Shown one piece after another: positions 52,276-64,000 of a stretch of DNA of 64,000 nt. Each line of letters opens with the position of its first letter. Position 1 is the stretch's first letter. The notes under the pieces are model-generated. The model searched no databases. It was not told where the DNA came from and saw only the letters and a program-made list of their open reading frames with translations. A program made the translations under genes and the position numbers. Source of the stretch: Basidiobolus ranarum (taxonomy: Eukaryota); assembly GCA_040143965.1 (NCBI GenBank), contig JASJQH010000001.1, forward strand, positions 1 to 64,000. Direction: 5' to 3'.

Positions 52276-53073
52276 GTTTATATGTTGCAATACTTCTACA
52301 AGAGTGTAGTTCAAGGAGTTTTTGTCAACTCACATGTTGTACCAGGTCATTGTTAAATACGTCGTCCTATATGTATCACGTGCAAGGTATATATTGACGT
52401 ATACCTAGATTCGGATACATTCCGATATGTGGTAATGATAATAAACAAAAGTGGCTTCCAGGATTTCCCATTTTCTAGAGTGTCTAGACACTAGAAAGTG
52501 ACGCAAACACTAAGATTTGGCTACTGAAATTAAAATGTGCTTAAATCTAACCCTTTGCTTAACTTTTGTTGATTAAAGCTGGTTCAGAAAGAGCATCGAA
52601 TTGATTGGACATTCACTGGTGTGTGTATGAATGTACAAGCTTCAATTAGTGTTACTTGAGCATGAGCTAAATATCCGGAACAAATATTTAGATTTCTGCT
52701 TTTCGATCGTTTCGTTAGTTTCAAAATGATAAATAGATATATTGAAGCATTCCAATGATGTAATCCCACACAATCTGGCTTTTGATTTCATGCCCAAGAG
52801 TACTCCACCAAAAACGTCACTCAAAAAATGCAAAATTCAACCTAGGAATGTTTGATTTGAACAGAATGCCATAGATTTTACACGTAATAGCATTAGTTTC
52901 AAAAAGCGATGAATTTGATTAGTTGGAAAGTAGACGTCGTAATCATATACAATTTATATCTCCTTAATTTTTCCTCCTTAGCTGCGTATTATTAAAGAGG
53001 GAATACTTCACTCCTTTTTGCTTTTCATACGTTTACAAAAAAGCCAAATCTCCGAGAGAATCATAAAAAGATA

Positions 53074-56000
53074 ATGATACAATCTCCCTGTATTCACGTC
53101 CCAAGTAAGCGGACAGAAGAGGTCGATTGGGCTACCCCTTTGAAAAAGTACATCGCTAGTAATTACCAAGATGACCCCGAAAAATACCTTGAGGAGGTCA
53201 ATACTATTAACAGACTCCGACAGGATATGCGTGGTGCTGGAAAAGATACAACAGGAAGGGATTTACTCTATCGTTATTATGGCCAATTGGAGCTACTTGA
53301 TTTGCGTTTTCCAGTAGATGAAAACAATATTAAAATTTCTTTTACTTGGTACACTACTGATTCTTAAAATTTATAAAACTATCTTTCTAACGAGTCAAAT
53401 TTTTTAATTAGGTGTGATACTTTCACCGGCAAAACTACTGCCCAATACTCCTTGGCTTACGAGAAGGCCTGTACCATATTCAACATGGCCTCAACTCTCT
53501 CTGCAATTGCTTCTTCCCAAGTTCGCTCGGAACCTGAGGGTTTGAAGCGTGCCTTTAACTATTTCCAAGCCTCTGCTGGAATGTTCACTTATATTAATGA
53601 AAATTTCCTGCATGCTCCTTCTACCGATCTTAGCCGAGATATTGTGAAAATCTTGTCTCAGCTTATGCTTTCTCAAGCTCAAGAATGCTTCTTTGAAAAA
53701 AGTCTTGGCGAAAAAAAGAAGGATGCTCTTATAGCAAAGTTGGCTAGTCAAGCTTCTTGGTCCTATGGCTCAGTTGTGGATGCAATGAATGAAGGTGTTG
53801 CTAAAACAGCTCTCAGCCGCTGGTGGCATATGGTTTGTCAAGTAAGTTAATTCAGAACTATCTTGGATGCACTATAGACAGTTTTAGTAATCATGAAGTA
53901 AATGTACTATTAGGCGAAGCAAAAGCATTATCAAGCTGTTGCTCAGTATCATAAAGCTCTAGCATGTGAAGCTGAGAATAAGTATGGTGAAGTGGTCGCT
54001 CGACTTGCTTATGCTGAAACCAACGCCAAAGAAGCTACAAAGTTGGTAAACACTTTCGCAAGTGCTTTTACCCCTTCTTTGACCTCTATTCCTCCTGACG
54101 CCGCAACAACTCTTCAGGATATCACTAAATCATCTCAAAGCATTATTGCCGAGAAATTGGTGGCAGCTACTAAAGATAACGATTTAGTCTATCACGATAC
54201 TGTTCCTAATGTCGATGTGTTACAGCCGATTGATAAACTCAATGCGGTCAAGCCAATTCCAATCTCCGAACTTTATGGTCCTAACGAAATACAAAAGGTC
54301 ATTGGCGTTGATATTTTCCAGAGATTGATTCCCATTTCTGTTCACGAGTCTTCATCTCTTTATTCTGAGGAGAAGGCCAAGATAATTCGTAAAGAAACTG
54401 AGAAGGTGGACCTTGCTGATGGTGAACTTGATGCAGCTTTATCTTTCATGCAGCTTCCCGAATCTCTTGAGAAATTCAAGAATAGGAATTCAGCAAGTGG
54501 AAAATCTATTTCTTCCCTTGCTCAATGCACCCAGGAGGTAAAGGAATGGGCCAGAATGATTAGCCAAGAAGAGAACGAGAGGGGTATGGTAGGAGAGCTA
54601 ATTGTTACACTTGAGGGACTTCGTGGCAAAGCCAAGGAGTTACTTGATGGCGTTGGCATTTCTCTCGAACAGGAACAACGTGACTGCGAAGCTATGAGAG
54701 TAATATTTATAGATATAAACTATCTTCAAGTGAAATCTCAACTGATTTTTTATTCTGTGTATAGGTCAAATTTGGAGATCTTTGGACTCAAGCACCCTCT
54801 GGCATCCTTACAACCAGCTTCCGACAGGATATGCGAACCCATCGTGAGGCTCTTGATAAGGCCATCGCTTCTGATAGGTCGCTGATTTCAAGATTCGAAG
54901 AGATTCATGCTTCTATCGATGTACTCCGTGAAGGAGAACACAGTGATAGATTAGAGCAGATGTTTGCCGAAGCAGTTGCTAGTGCTGCTGGATCTGGCAG
55001 AGATGTAAACTCTGCTAAGGAGAGCACCCTATTGGATACTGATATGGAGGATGGAATCGAGTCTAACATAAAGAGCATCGAGGAGAGTATTGAGAAGTTG
55101 AACAAGATCAAGAAAGAAAGAGCAGAGACCCTTGATGATTTGAAGAATAAGGTTCGTACTCCCTCACTTCATTAACCAATGTAGTTTTTGATTGTCTAAC
55201 ATTAACCAATTTGTAGATACAAGAGGATGATATCTCTCATCTCTTGATTTTAAACAAGAAATCACCAAATATTGAGTCTCAGTTATTTGCCACCGAACTC
55301 GAGAAATTCAAAGGACATCAAAATCGCATTACTGCTACTGTTCATCATCAACAAGCAATTATTCAAGAACTTTCAAGCTATTTCAAGGCTTTGATGGAGG
55401 GAACTGAGGCTAAACGAGTTCAGCGTATTTGGGATAATGCTGAAACTAGAAGAGACGAAGTGACCAATAAACTCCGTATTGCCGCCAATGATTATTTGGA
55501 TATTAAGAACGGTGTCAGGTATGTCCAGCCCGAATATATTTATGGAATGTCTGTAATGATACTAATTTCCGATATCTGTTTACAGAAAAGGTGTTCAGTT
55601 CTATGCTGATCTGAATGATGTATTAGCTGGTCTTAACGCTAATGCTAGGAAATTGGTTCATGATCGTGAACAAGAGAGGCAATCTTTGGTTCAATCCATT
55701 GAGGGAAATAAGGTAGAGCGAGAGCATCAAGCGTTGAAAGAGCAATTGGAGAAATACCAAGATGTCCCTCAAGATCGAGGTCAACGCCATTTCGATAACC
55801 CTCCCATGAACCCTGCCTTTGCTAACTCTGCCGAGGCAAACATGTATGCGGACATGGCCATTAAAAAGCTTACTGAGCAAGCTAATCGTCTTCATATCCA
55901 GAATGAAGGAAACCATAGCCCCTATGCTGCTGGACCAGGTGGCCCTGCTTTCAATCTCCCTCCTCCAGCACAAGCTCCACCTGCTCCTAATCAAGGACCA

Positions 56001-57869
56001 GTGAGGTACAACCCATCCGACTACTCCGGTAATAGCCCTGCGTTTTCTCCTCCTCCACCAAACCCAAACATAAACCAGGGACCTATTTGCAAAACACCCT
56101 CCTACGGATCAGATAAAGACCAAAAGATGTACTATCCACCTCCACAAAATGCGCAAGCACCTATGGCTCGAACTCCGTCCTATGGCTCAGAAGCTGATCA
56201 TCATAATCCATACTTCCCACCTGGCGGAAATCCCGAACATCACCAACTTGGTGGAAATCAATCAGCCCCACCTATGAATCCTCCTCATGGTCCAGTTGTC
56301 CCGCCAAATATGGTACCTGCTGGCTATCAAGCAGCACAATCTCCTTATATAAATCAGGACCCTCAGTTCAGAGCCCCTAGACAGCCTGCCCCACAACATC
56401 CTCATGGTAATATTCACTCACCAGATGTTGGTGAGCCTAGACAATTGTCACCCGTAATTGACCGCAATATGCAAGCTCCAATGGGTGGCTACCAAGGTCA
56501 ATCTGCTCCCGAAGCAAACTATGGACAATATGGTTATGGCCAGACTCCATATCAGCAGCAACCACCCCCCGCTCAAACATCACAACCTCAGAATTATGGC
56601 GGCAATGTTGGATATGGTTATACTCAACAGCAAGCTCCCTCCACCGATACCCTTGCTAGCCCTCAAGCGAATACACCCGGCTGGCAACCACAGCAAAACT
56701 TCCAAAAGAATTTGCCGCAACGCCCCGAATATAACCCAGGACATGCGCAACCAGGTCAGCAACAGCAACAGCAATACTCTAACCAAAACCCCCAACCTAA
56801 TCAATATCCCGGATATGGTGGATCTTCTCCTGCTCCAGTCCAAGGACATCAGGGTATCCAGAGACAATTGTCCAATTATGACTTACAATTGAAGCAGCCT
56901 CCCCAACAACAAGCACCACCTATGGGCCCAGGCGGCCAACCAATTCGTAACGCACCTCCTCAGCAAGCTCCATACCAAGGTTTTGATAATCAAACAGGAC
57001 AAAGACCTGATCAGCAACAATTTTATAACCCACGCCCTCAACAACCACAATTTAATGCTGGTCTTCAGCAACAACCTCAACAGCAGCATGTCCGTCCTAA
57101 TATTTATCATGAAGGTAGTCAAAATTCCATTCCACAGTATCCCTACGGCAACGGCCCATCCCAGGGTATTTCGTCTCCTTATCAACCATCTAATCCCGCT
57201 ACTTTGTCTGGTGGTTCTGACAACTCTTACGTCTCTGCATCTCAAGCCCCACCTCAACAAGGCTATCAACAACAGCAACAAGCTCAATATCAGCAATACC
57301 ATGGCCAACCGCAAAACCAGCAACCTTCTCAAGACCCCAGATTGAGAGAAGGATCTTTAGGACAGCAACCTTATCCTTACCAAGGAGGATCTGCTGGACA
57401 AATGGGACAACAACCTACTCAAAATCAACAACAGCTTCCTCCTCAACAACAACAACAACAAGACCATAACTACCCAGGCTATCAACAAAGACTCCCTCAA
57501 AACTATGACATATCAACCCAGCAATACCAACCACCAAATCCTCAACAACAATTCCAGACTACCCCGGGACCACAAGGCTACCAAATGCAGCAAGGCTACA
57601 ATCCTACTCCACCCCAAGGTCCAAGTGGGTATGTAAATCCCTCTCCTCAAGGCTGGCAACAGGGCACACCACAACAACAGCCAATGGGTAATCAATATCA
57701 ATCACCAACTGGCATCCAAGGACAGCAACAACATCCCGCTCCGCAACAACCACCACAACAACAACAATACCAGCAACAAACCGGACAATGGAATGGCTAC
57801 CCTCAACAACAGGCACCGCCACAAGGGAATTTCTATGGAGGACAAGGAGGCGGATCCCTCATCGATTAA
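53074..57869 (+). CDS. BRO1: ESCRT accessory protein Bro1 (Bro1 domain, V domain, long P/Q-rich tail), about 6 exons
   Basis: RDLLYRYYGQLELLDLRFPV, LAYEKACTIFN, FLHAPSTDLS, KDNDLVYH, DIFQRLIP..VHESSSLYSEEKAK. Confidence 0.93.
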
Positions 57870-58442
57870 ACGCAGAGTAAAATAACACATTTATCATTCA
57901 TTCCCCCCCCCCACCTCCACCACCATATTTCATCACACACCAGTCGGATATCAATCAAAACTTAAAGCATATATCAGACATGAACGAACCAATTTATTGA
58001 CATAGGCATTTATTTCCCCTTTATGTAGTAAAAGATATATTAGTTAATGTATAAATTTAAGGACTTCCAAGTTAAATAAGATGAATATTATCTTTTTAAG
58101 TGAATTTTTCTAATAAATCCTACCAATTTTTCCTTTGTAAGAGTCACTCACTGCCATTCCTCGCCTTTTCATAATTTAAGCAAGAAAATAGAAAGGTAAA
58201 ATTGAAGACTTGATATTTACAATCAATAAAAATAAGATTTATTATCTATATGTTACAAATATATATATCTCTTTCTATGAATAATCCAGGGTTTACTCTA
58301 TACTAAACCAATCTAAAGGTGATGCTTGACTATATGTTTACATGATGGTATGTCCAGTGGCATAGCAAATATATGTTTCTACCAGAATGCAAGGATATCG
58401 TATACGATACGAAACTTACGTAAATTACTACAGTGGTAAGAA

Positions 58443-59511
58443 TTATGTAGATAAGATGGGCGAATTAGAGATAGTTCTATATTGAGGCGGTGAGGAAATT
58501 TCCATAGAACATTCGTACGATGGAGGAGATGGAATTACGTTATAACAAGGTAATTCCTCATCAATCTCTGGCGGCGTTATGATAATAGGAAGTTCATAGT
58601 GAGCACTATCCAATTTTCCTTTGTATCCGACATCGATACGTATTTGAAGTCTATGGGTCACCTCGATATACTCATTACTAGAGTCGTAAACCTTAAGTGA
58701 GGATGGGATCTTGACTACCAAAACCTTCTCGCCATGAAGATGTTCTTCTCTAAACCAATCGAAAGTCATATCTAACTTTTTCTCGGTTTCTCTTAGGATG
58801 TGATGAGGATTCTTTGGAGACTTGTATACGATGCGTTGCTTGAGTATGCATGCGGCTAATAAGACTTTGACTAGCTTGGTTTCATCGGTGACTTCGTGAT
58901 GTAATTGCAATGGAAACTCATCTCCCGGAGAAAATTGAAGACGTGGAATAGTAAAGGCACATGATAGCTTATGGGCCCATTCATGTTCCAAATGAGTGAT
59001 GTGACGAGGAGTTATCAGAGAGTCAGCATGACGTCTGACAAACACTGACTTTTCAGCCTTCAAGTTGAAGTATATCAAAGTGGTGTCTACCAGAGCCTTG
59101 AACTTGTATTGGATCGATCCATATTCTGACTTAATACTCTCGGGTAAATCCCTAGGAAGAGCTAGACTGAAGTCGTAGGTGTTTGTTTGGCCGGCCTTGA
59201 ATGACTTGGTCTCACTAAGGAAGGACCAGTCTTTATGGAAGAAGATGGTTTCACTCTTGCGAATATCTGAAGAAATAAAAGACGTTAGATGACAATTCAA
59301 TGAGGAATGTGTTACAAAACGGTTGTTACATACCTGTATTTGTTGAGACTGTGTATCTTCCCTCGAACTGGAGGGTGATTTTGTTGACTTTGACGAAGGA
59401 GCTAGGAATGAATATCAAAGTACCACTGAGGATGTGATCACCGGTGCCTCTGTAACCTTTGAAAAATGTATCTTGGTCTAAGACAATATCGAGTTGAGAT
59501 TTTCTGTTCAT
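58443..59511 (-). CDS. Alpha-arrestin (ART-like ubiquitin-ligase adaptor), 2 exons
   Basis: Arrestin-N motifs LSGTL...KITLQFEG, YDFSLALPRDLPES..SEYGSIQYKFKA, IEVTHRLQI; C-terminal LPCY, PPSY and PPQY motifs. Confidence 0.85.
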
Positions 59512-60218
59512 GTCTTCGTAACGAATAATGTTTGCACCTCAACGGATACGGCACTCTTTTATATTCACCAGCTAATGTTTATAGTCAAAAAGTATTCATC
59601 TCAGATATTACAAATATAGCATCATTATGATGAGAAATCTATTTGCCGCTAGGTCAATTCTCTCCATGTGGTACGAATTTTTCTGATCTTGCGATTAGTG
59701 TAGCTTCAATGTGCAGACATTTCCAAAAAAGGAGGCATTATCGAGCTTTCAAAAGAAGTTGAAAAACAGTGGAGTTTAGGGACTAGTTGTGAATGAGATA
59801 GATTTACGATAGGGCTTGAGAGGACTGAGAATTGATATATTAGTAACTCTGATAATGTATCAGTCGCCCGCAATCGATAGTCGTACTTGGTGTTGATATC
59901 CCACTGTAAAAGGTATCCTGACTGAAAATGGCAATTTAAGATCCGATTTTATGTATCCATAAGCCTAGTATGTAATATATAGACCTATTTTCACAACAGT
60001 TTTTGGGATGATATCATTGATTTATACGATAACGCATCTGTTAATTGCAGCATATAATTCCTGATATCCATGATAAAGGAAAATCATTTTCACTAAAAAA
60101 TCTTCTCTTTGGGTATATTTGATAAGGGTGGTAAGAATCTGTCACATTGATCGAAATTTAATCGATCATCAGTGCTATTAAGGGTTAGCACATGGTTTAG
60201 ATACACTTTAATCAATAC

Positions 60219-60323
60219 TTCATTGATTTGGTAACATTGAAGAGAATCTAAACAAAAACTCATTGATTTGGTAACATTCAAGAGAATCTAAACAAAAATT
60301 CATTGATTTGGTAACATTCAAGA
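60219..60323. repeat. 40-bp tandem repeat, about 2.6 copies
   Basis: TCATTGATTTGGTAACATTSAAGAGAATCTAAACAAAAAY, with CATTGATTTG at 60221, 60261 and 60301. Confidence 0.92.
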
Positions 60324-60580
60324 ATCGATGATCGATGTAGGTTTTACAAAATGAATATCAAGCTTAATCAAGCACGTGGACCTAGGCCTCTTATCCATGC
60401 TTTGATATTGCGGAAGTAGATTGCTAGGTATCGATATACTATTATGGGTAATTTGAATTTGATAGTTATTCCATGGATTTATTCACTATTTCTGGTACTG
60501 GACCTCTATGTTACTTGGGGGTTCATAAAACAATGTGCATGTAGAAAATGGTCGAATCCAGATACAAAGTAACTAAATGT

Positions 60581-60862
60581 TTAGATGCCCAACTTGGTAC
60601 GTCTCCAGTGTCTACGCTTGGCGTTGTATCTAATTGTGTTATCGGTTCTCAAACGGATCCAGTGAGGAATGGGTCTGTTCTGCTTTTGCTTCTTACCAAG
60701 AATGCGCTTGGTCTTGAATGACTTTTGGGAGGGCTGCGAAAGATATGCACATTAGTATAAGTGGAACATTGAGTTGGGTGTTGTCGTTATTTCTACTCTT
60801 ATATATGTTGAGTCTATAGCTATTAGATGGATGTACTTGTGTATCCAAAATTTACTCACCAT
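60581..60862 (-). CDS. RPL39: 60S ribosomal protein eL39, 2 exons (absent from the ORF track)
   Basis: ATG (60862-60860), intron 60859-60734, then [50 protein letters not shown]. Confidence 0.97.
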
Positions 60863-61258
60863 TGTGACAATAAGCCGGGAAGGAAGAGCTCTCGTCAGAA
60901 AGATCGTCCGAGTGATAAAGCTTGAATGCAGTCGGTCCAAGATCTGGGGTGCTTGATAAATAGGGCTGTATATGGAGTAATTCGAATTAAATTAACTAAT
61001 ATCAAAACACAAACTTATGAATCAACAGGGCAAATTGAAGCCAAATATCATATTTATCTGCAACTTCACATGATATTTATCTCCAACTTTACAAATGATC
61101 ATATATCTAATATGTTACAGCAAGCAGAGAATCACTTTAGCATCAGAAAACCGGTGTGCAAAACGAATGCGACATATTACAATCAAATTTGAAAAGTTTA
61201 TTTTGAAATTTTGATGTTTCAAAGTGTATAGAAGGGGGTAATTTAACAGGCAAGAAAA

Positions 61259-61673
61259 TTAATGAGCACGACGAGATTCGGCGATGACATTGGACATCTC
61301 CTCAACCTTGGCCTTGGCACGGATGAATGTACCGAGTCTCTTCTTGGCAAGCTTACGAGCACGCTTATCCTTGGAGTTTTTCAACAATTCCATGATACGA
61401 CGTTCATAAGGAGCGAAACCAGCAACTTCACGGACGATTTCACGGACGAACTTAACGCGGTTGGAAGCAACCTAAAGAAATAATTCGCGATCAGTTAATG
61501 CTTCACTAACGTTTGGTGTATCTTCGAATACCATCGGGATCCATCCATTACAACATGATAAATAGCGAACTTACCCCCTTCTTGTGGGAAGGCTTGACCT
61601 TCAACTCACGACGAGTGGTGATGTGACCATGGTTAGCACCAAGGATGATACCGGATCTTTTAATGACGGCCAT
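61259..61673 (-). CDS. RPL36: 60S ribosomal protein eL36, 2 exons (absent from the ORF track)
   Basis: [20 protein letters not shown]...[51 protein letters not shown]. Confidence 0.97.
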
Positions 61674-61800
61674 GTTTATCAACTCTTCAAACGAAAATAC
61701 ACGTTTCGTCGTGGAAGAAATAAGAGAAGGAGCAATCTACGAGGGCGTTCTTGGTGGTCATAAAGCTTCCAAATCCATCAAGTCGAACCTTTTTTTGCAT

Positions 61801-61894
61801 ATCACGTGTTGAAGTTCGAATTTTTTTTATTCTTTTATTTTCCTTTTTTCTTGGAAATATTGGTCATAGTTATATCGCTTTTAATCACGTGATT
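61801..61894. promoter_or_regulatory. Two E-box/Cbf1-type sites upstream of RPL36
   Basis: ATCACGTG at 61801 and the perfect palindrome AATCACGTGATT at 61883-61894, flanking a poly-T tract. Confidence 0.5.
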
Positions 61895-62084
61895 TCGATG
61901 GAATCATAAATCCAGTTGAATCTTCATGGGGATGGATGAGGTGAATGGGGGGAGGAAAATGATAAAGATCGTTAGGAGGCACTTGGAGTGTTCCAACATA
62001 TTAAAGTGACCTAGTACGCTATTTACCATGGTTAATGGACAATTTATGTGCTCTAGATTTTTTCATCAATCGAAGGGTTTATTC

Positions 62085-62477
62085 ATGAGGCTAGAGCCAT
62101 TAATACTCAGTACCTTAACCATCCAAAATTCTGTTACAACTCAGGAGTTACGGGAGGTTTGTCGTTCAGTAGAGAAAGTGGATAAAGAGATTGATAAAGC
62201 GATACTTTTACTTGAAAAAGAGAAATTAATCACTCGAGTTAGTGAACCAACCGTTAAGAATACTTCAAATTATGTTGGTCCGGGTGGTTTAAGTGCTGAA
62301 CAGGCAAGCTTTATTTCAGCTATGGAATAATTAATTTGGGGTTTGGAATGTTCATTGATTATTTACACTTTATCGTAGATATTTAATAAGGTTCAAGAAG
62401 CTAAACGAAGAGACGAAGAACATGGTCTTTATAAGCCATCAAACCTTCGCGAAGATATCAAGTGGAGAATGATATAA
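62085..62477 (+). CDS. Hypothetical small protein (about 105 aa), possible winged helix, 2 exons
   Basis: MRLEPLILSTL...VTTQELREVC...IDKAILLLEKEKLITRV; a putative GC-AG intron at 62304-62378 continues in frame to IFNKVQEAKRRDEEHG...WRMI*. Confidence 0.5.
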
Positions 62478-62900
62478 GCCATTTACACCTAGAGGTTATT
62501 TTGATGTTCTATCAGTTTACAGAAATAAATCTATTCTCTGGCGTAACAATCCATTGGAGGATATGGGTTCATATTGAGATTTTATTCAAATTAGCTTTCT
62601 ATCAAAATCTATTCTTTAAGGTAAACAAATTTCTTCCACGCGTTGTTCGATTAAAAAGTAAAATAATTATCAAACAAAAGCAATCTATGATTTTATTAGC
62701 CAGAGGGATGAGGTTAATAATGAGAGATGATGGAGGGAGGGAGAGAAGGAACACAATGGCTTTACTTCTGTGTACTGGAAGACGATGGTAACAAATTCTT
62801 GACTTGAATTTGATGTAACGGATACTGTGTGTGCTTTGAAGAAGACTTATGATTACATAATAAGTGGAGGAATCGAAGGGGCTTGGAGATGCAGTATTCT

Positions 62901-64000
62901 TTAAAATCCACTGTCAAACAAATAATTGGCAGCTAATTCCTCATTTTTATCGCAAGCAAAGTAGGCCTCAGTGGCGGTTTCACGATCAAATCCTAGAGCG
63001 ACCAGCTATGGTAGAGATGTTAATATATTTCTTATGAATATTGTATTAAATACTTCTGTAAAACTCTACCCTGTCTATGGCTTCCTTCTCTTGGTCGGAG
63101 ATTTGAATATATTGCATTTCTGGTTCTTCAGGATCGTAGTCTTCATCATCATCCATGTCATCATTATCAGCACTTAACAATTGGAAGAAGGTGTCCTGAT
63201 TCTCATTGATCAGCTGGAGAAGTTCAGGGTTAGCTTGACCAAGTTGTTGTAAAAGAGGTTGAAGTAACTCTGGGTTTTGTTGAACAAGTTGACGTAATTG
63301 CTGGAACTGTGGCTGGCTTGTAAGATACGAGAGATCAGCATCCTCCTCGTCCTGTTCTTCCATAGCGGCGGCATGTTCAGCTGCTGCAGTGAAAAGATTT
63401 TGAGGTTGACCTGGAGGATAGCATAAGGACAGTGTTACAATCGTGTATTGATTGAAAGGAGTTAAAAGAAACTATAATTACGAAGGCTAGAGGCCGTGAC
63501 TTCACGCTCTGGATGCTCAGGAATACCCTATTATATATCCCATGAGTATTTGTGACAATGATTAATATATATTTGTATTTCTAGAAACAAACATTCATCA
63601 AGTATTCCACTGCCCTATCAGGGTTATTGAAACTAGCACGCATTGCTTTTGTTATCTTTTCACGTTCGAATCCCATTTCCAACATATGTGAAATAGCTGC
63701 TTCATGCTCAGGCCCAGTTGCTTGAGTTCATAAGTTAGTTCGGGTAGTATCATAAAAACATGCATACAAAAGAAGTACCTAATTCTGCATCTACATTAGT
63801 AGCATTTTGGGTATTAGTGGGTGGTCTAGGGGCAGGTGTGTCATCTGGTTTGTCCTCAGAATTAGTTTGACGCTGATTAATTCGGGTGGGTGCCTGAGGG
63901 GTTTGAACTAGGACAGCAGGTGGGGCAGGTGTGGCTGGAGTGGCGGTGGTGGTAGCAGCTGAAGCAGCAGGTTGGGCTTTTGGCTGATTAAAAGTTACAA
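62901..64000 (-). CDS. RAD23: UV excision repair/proteasome shuttle Rad23; 5' part lies outside the window
   Basis: UBA1 MLEMGFER...[19 protein letters not shown]-binding [27 protein letters not shown]2 [31 protein letters not shown]. Confidence 0.95.

Noticed and set aside
59626-59686. ATGATGA...CTGA pair upstream of the arrestin gene (similar pair at 5464-5504)
   Set aside because: Spacing is short and no rRNA-complementary guide was recognised.
60734-61574. Longer-than-average RPL39 and RPL36 introns as possible snoRNA hosts
   Set aside because: No proper box C with a well-placed box D, and no H/ACA structure seen. The CTGA in the RPL36 intron overlaps the branch site.
63664-63675. GTTCGAATCCC tRNA T-loop/B-box-like sequence (also GTTCGA near 61781 and 61815)
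   Set aside because: It lies in RAD23 coding sequence (GFER codons) or lacks any cloverleaf.

Overview
Gene-dense, AT-rich eukaryotic DNA with many short (mostly about 55-110 nt) GT-AG introns. Gene content points to an early-diverging, non-Dikarya fungus; Zoopagomycota/Mucoromycota, Basidiobolus-like, is an inference. About 28 protein-coding genes can be built by hand-splicing. Housekeeping genes: carnitine carrier, neutral trehalase, threonine dehydratase, RRP5, prefoldin 2, IFRD protein, mitochondrial ACP, CCR4, SEC23, RPN11, GID8, BIR1, MIM1, DAHP synthase, hexose-6-P epimerase, BRO1, alpha-arrestin, RPL39, RPL36 and partial RAD23. Several genes are not found in budding yeast and are best known from animals: methionine synthase reductase (cobalamin metabolism), a 12-exon Shaker-like Kv channel and an Integrator subunit 10 homolog. 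The most novel-looking part is 42.8-46.6 kb, which holds two co-oriented secreted proteins: an intronless His-brace (LPMO-like) protein that I cannot assign to a family, and a bacterial-type CBM9/DOMON-like protein. Also present are a degenerate MoaE and two orphan small proteins. No tRNA, rRNA, CRISPR array or intact mobile element was recognised. All family calls come from remembered motifs, not database searches.
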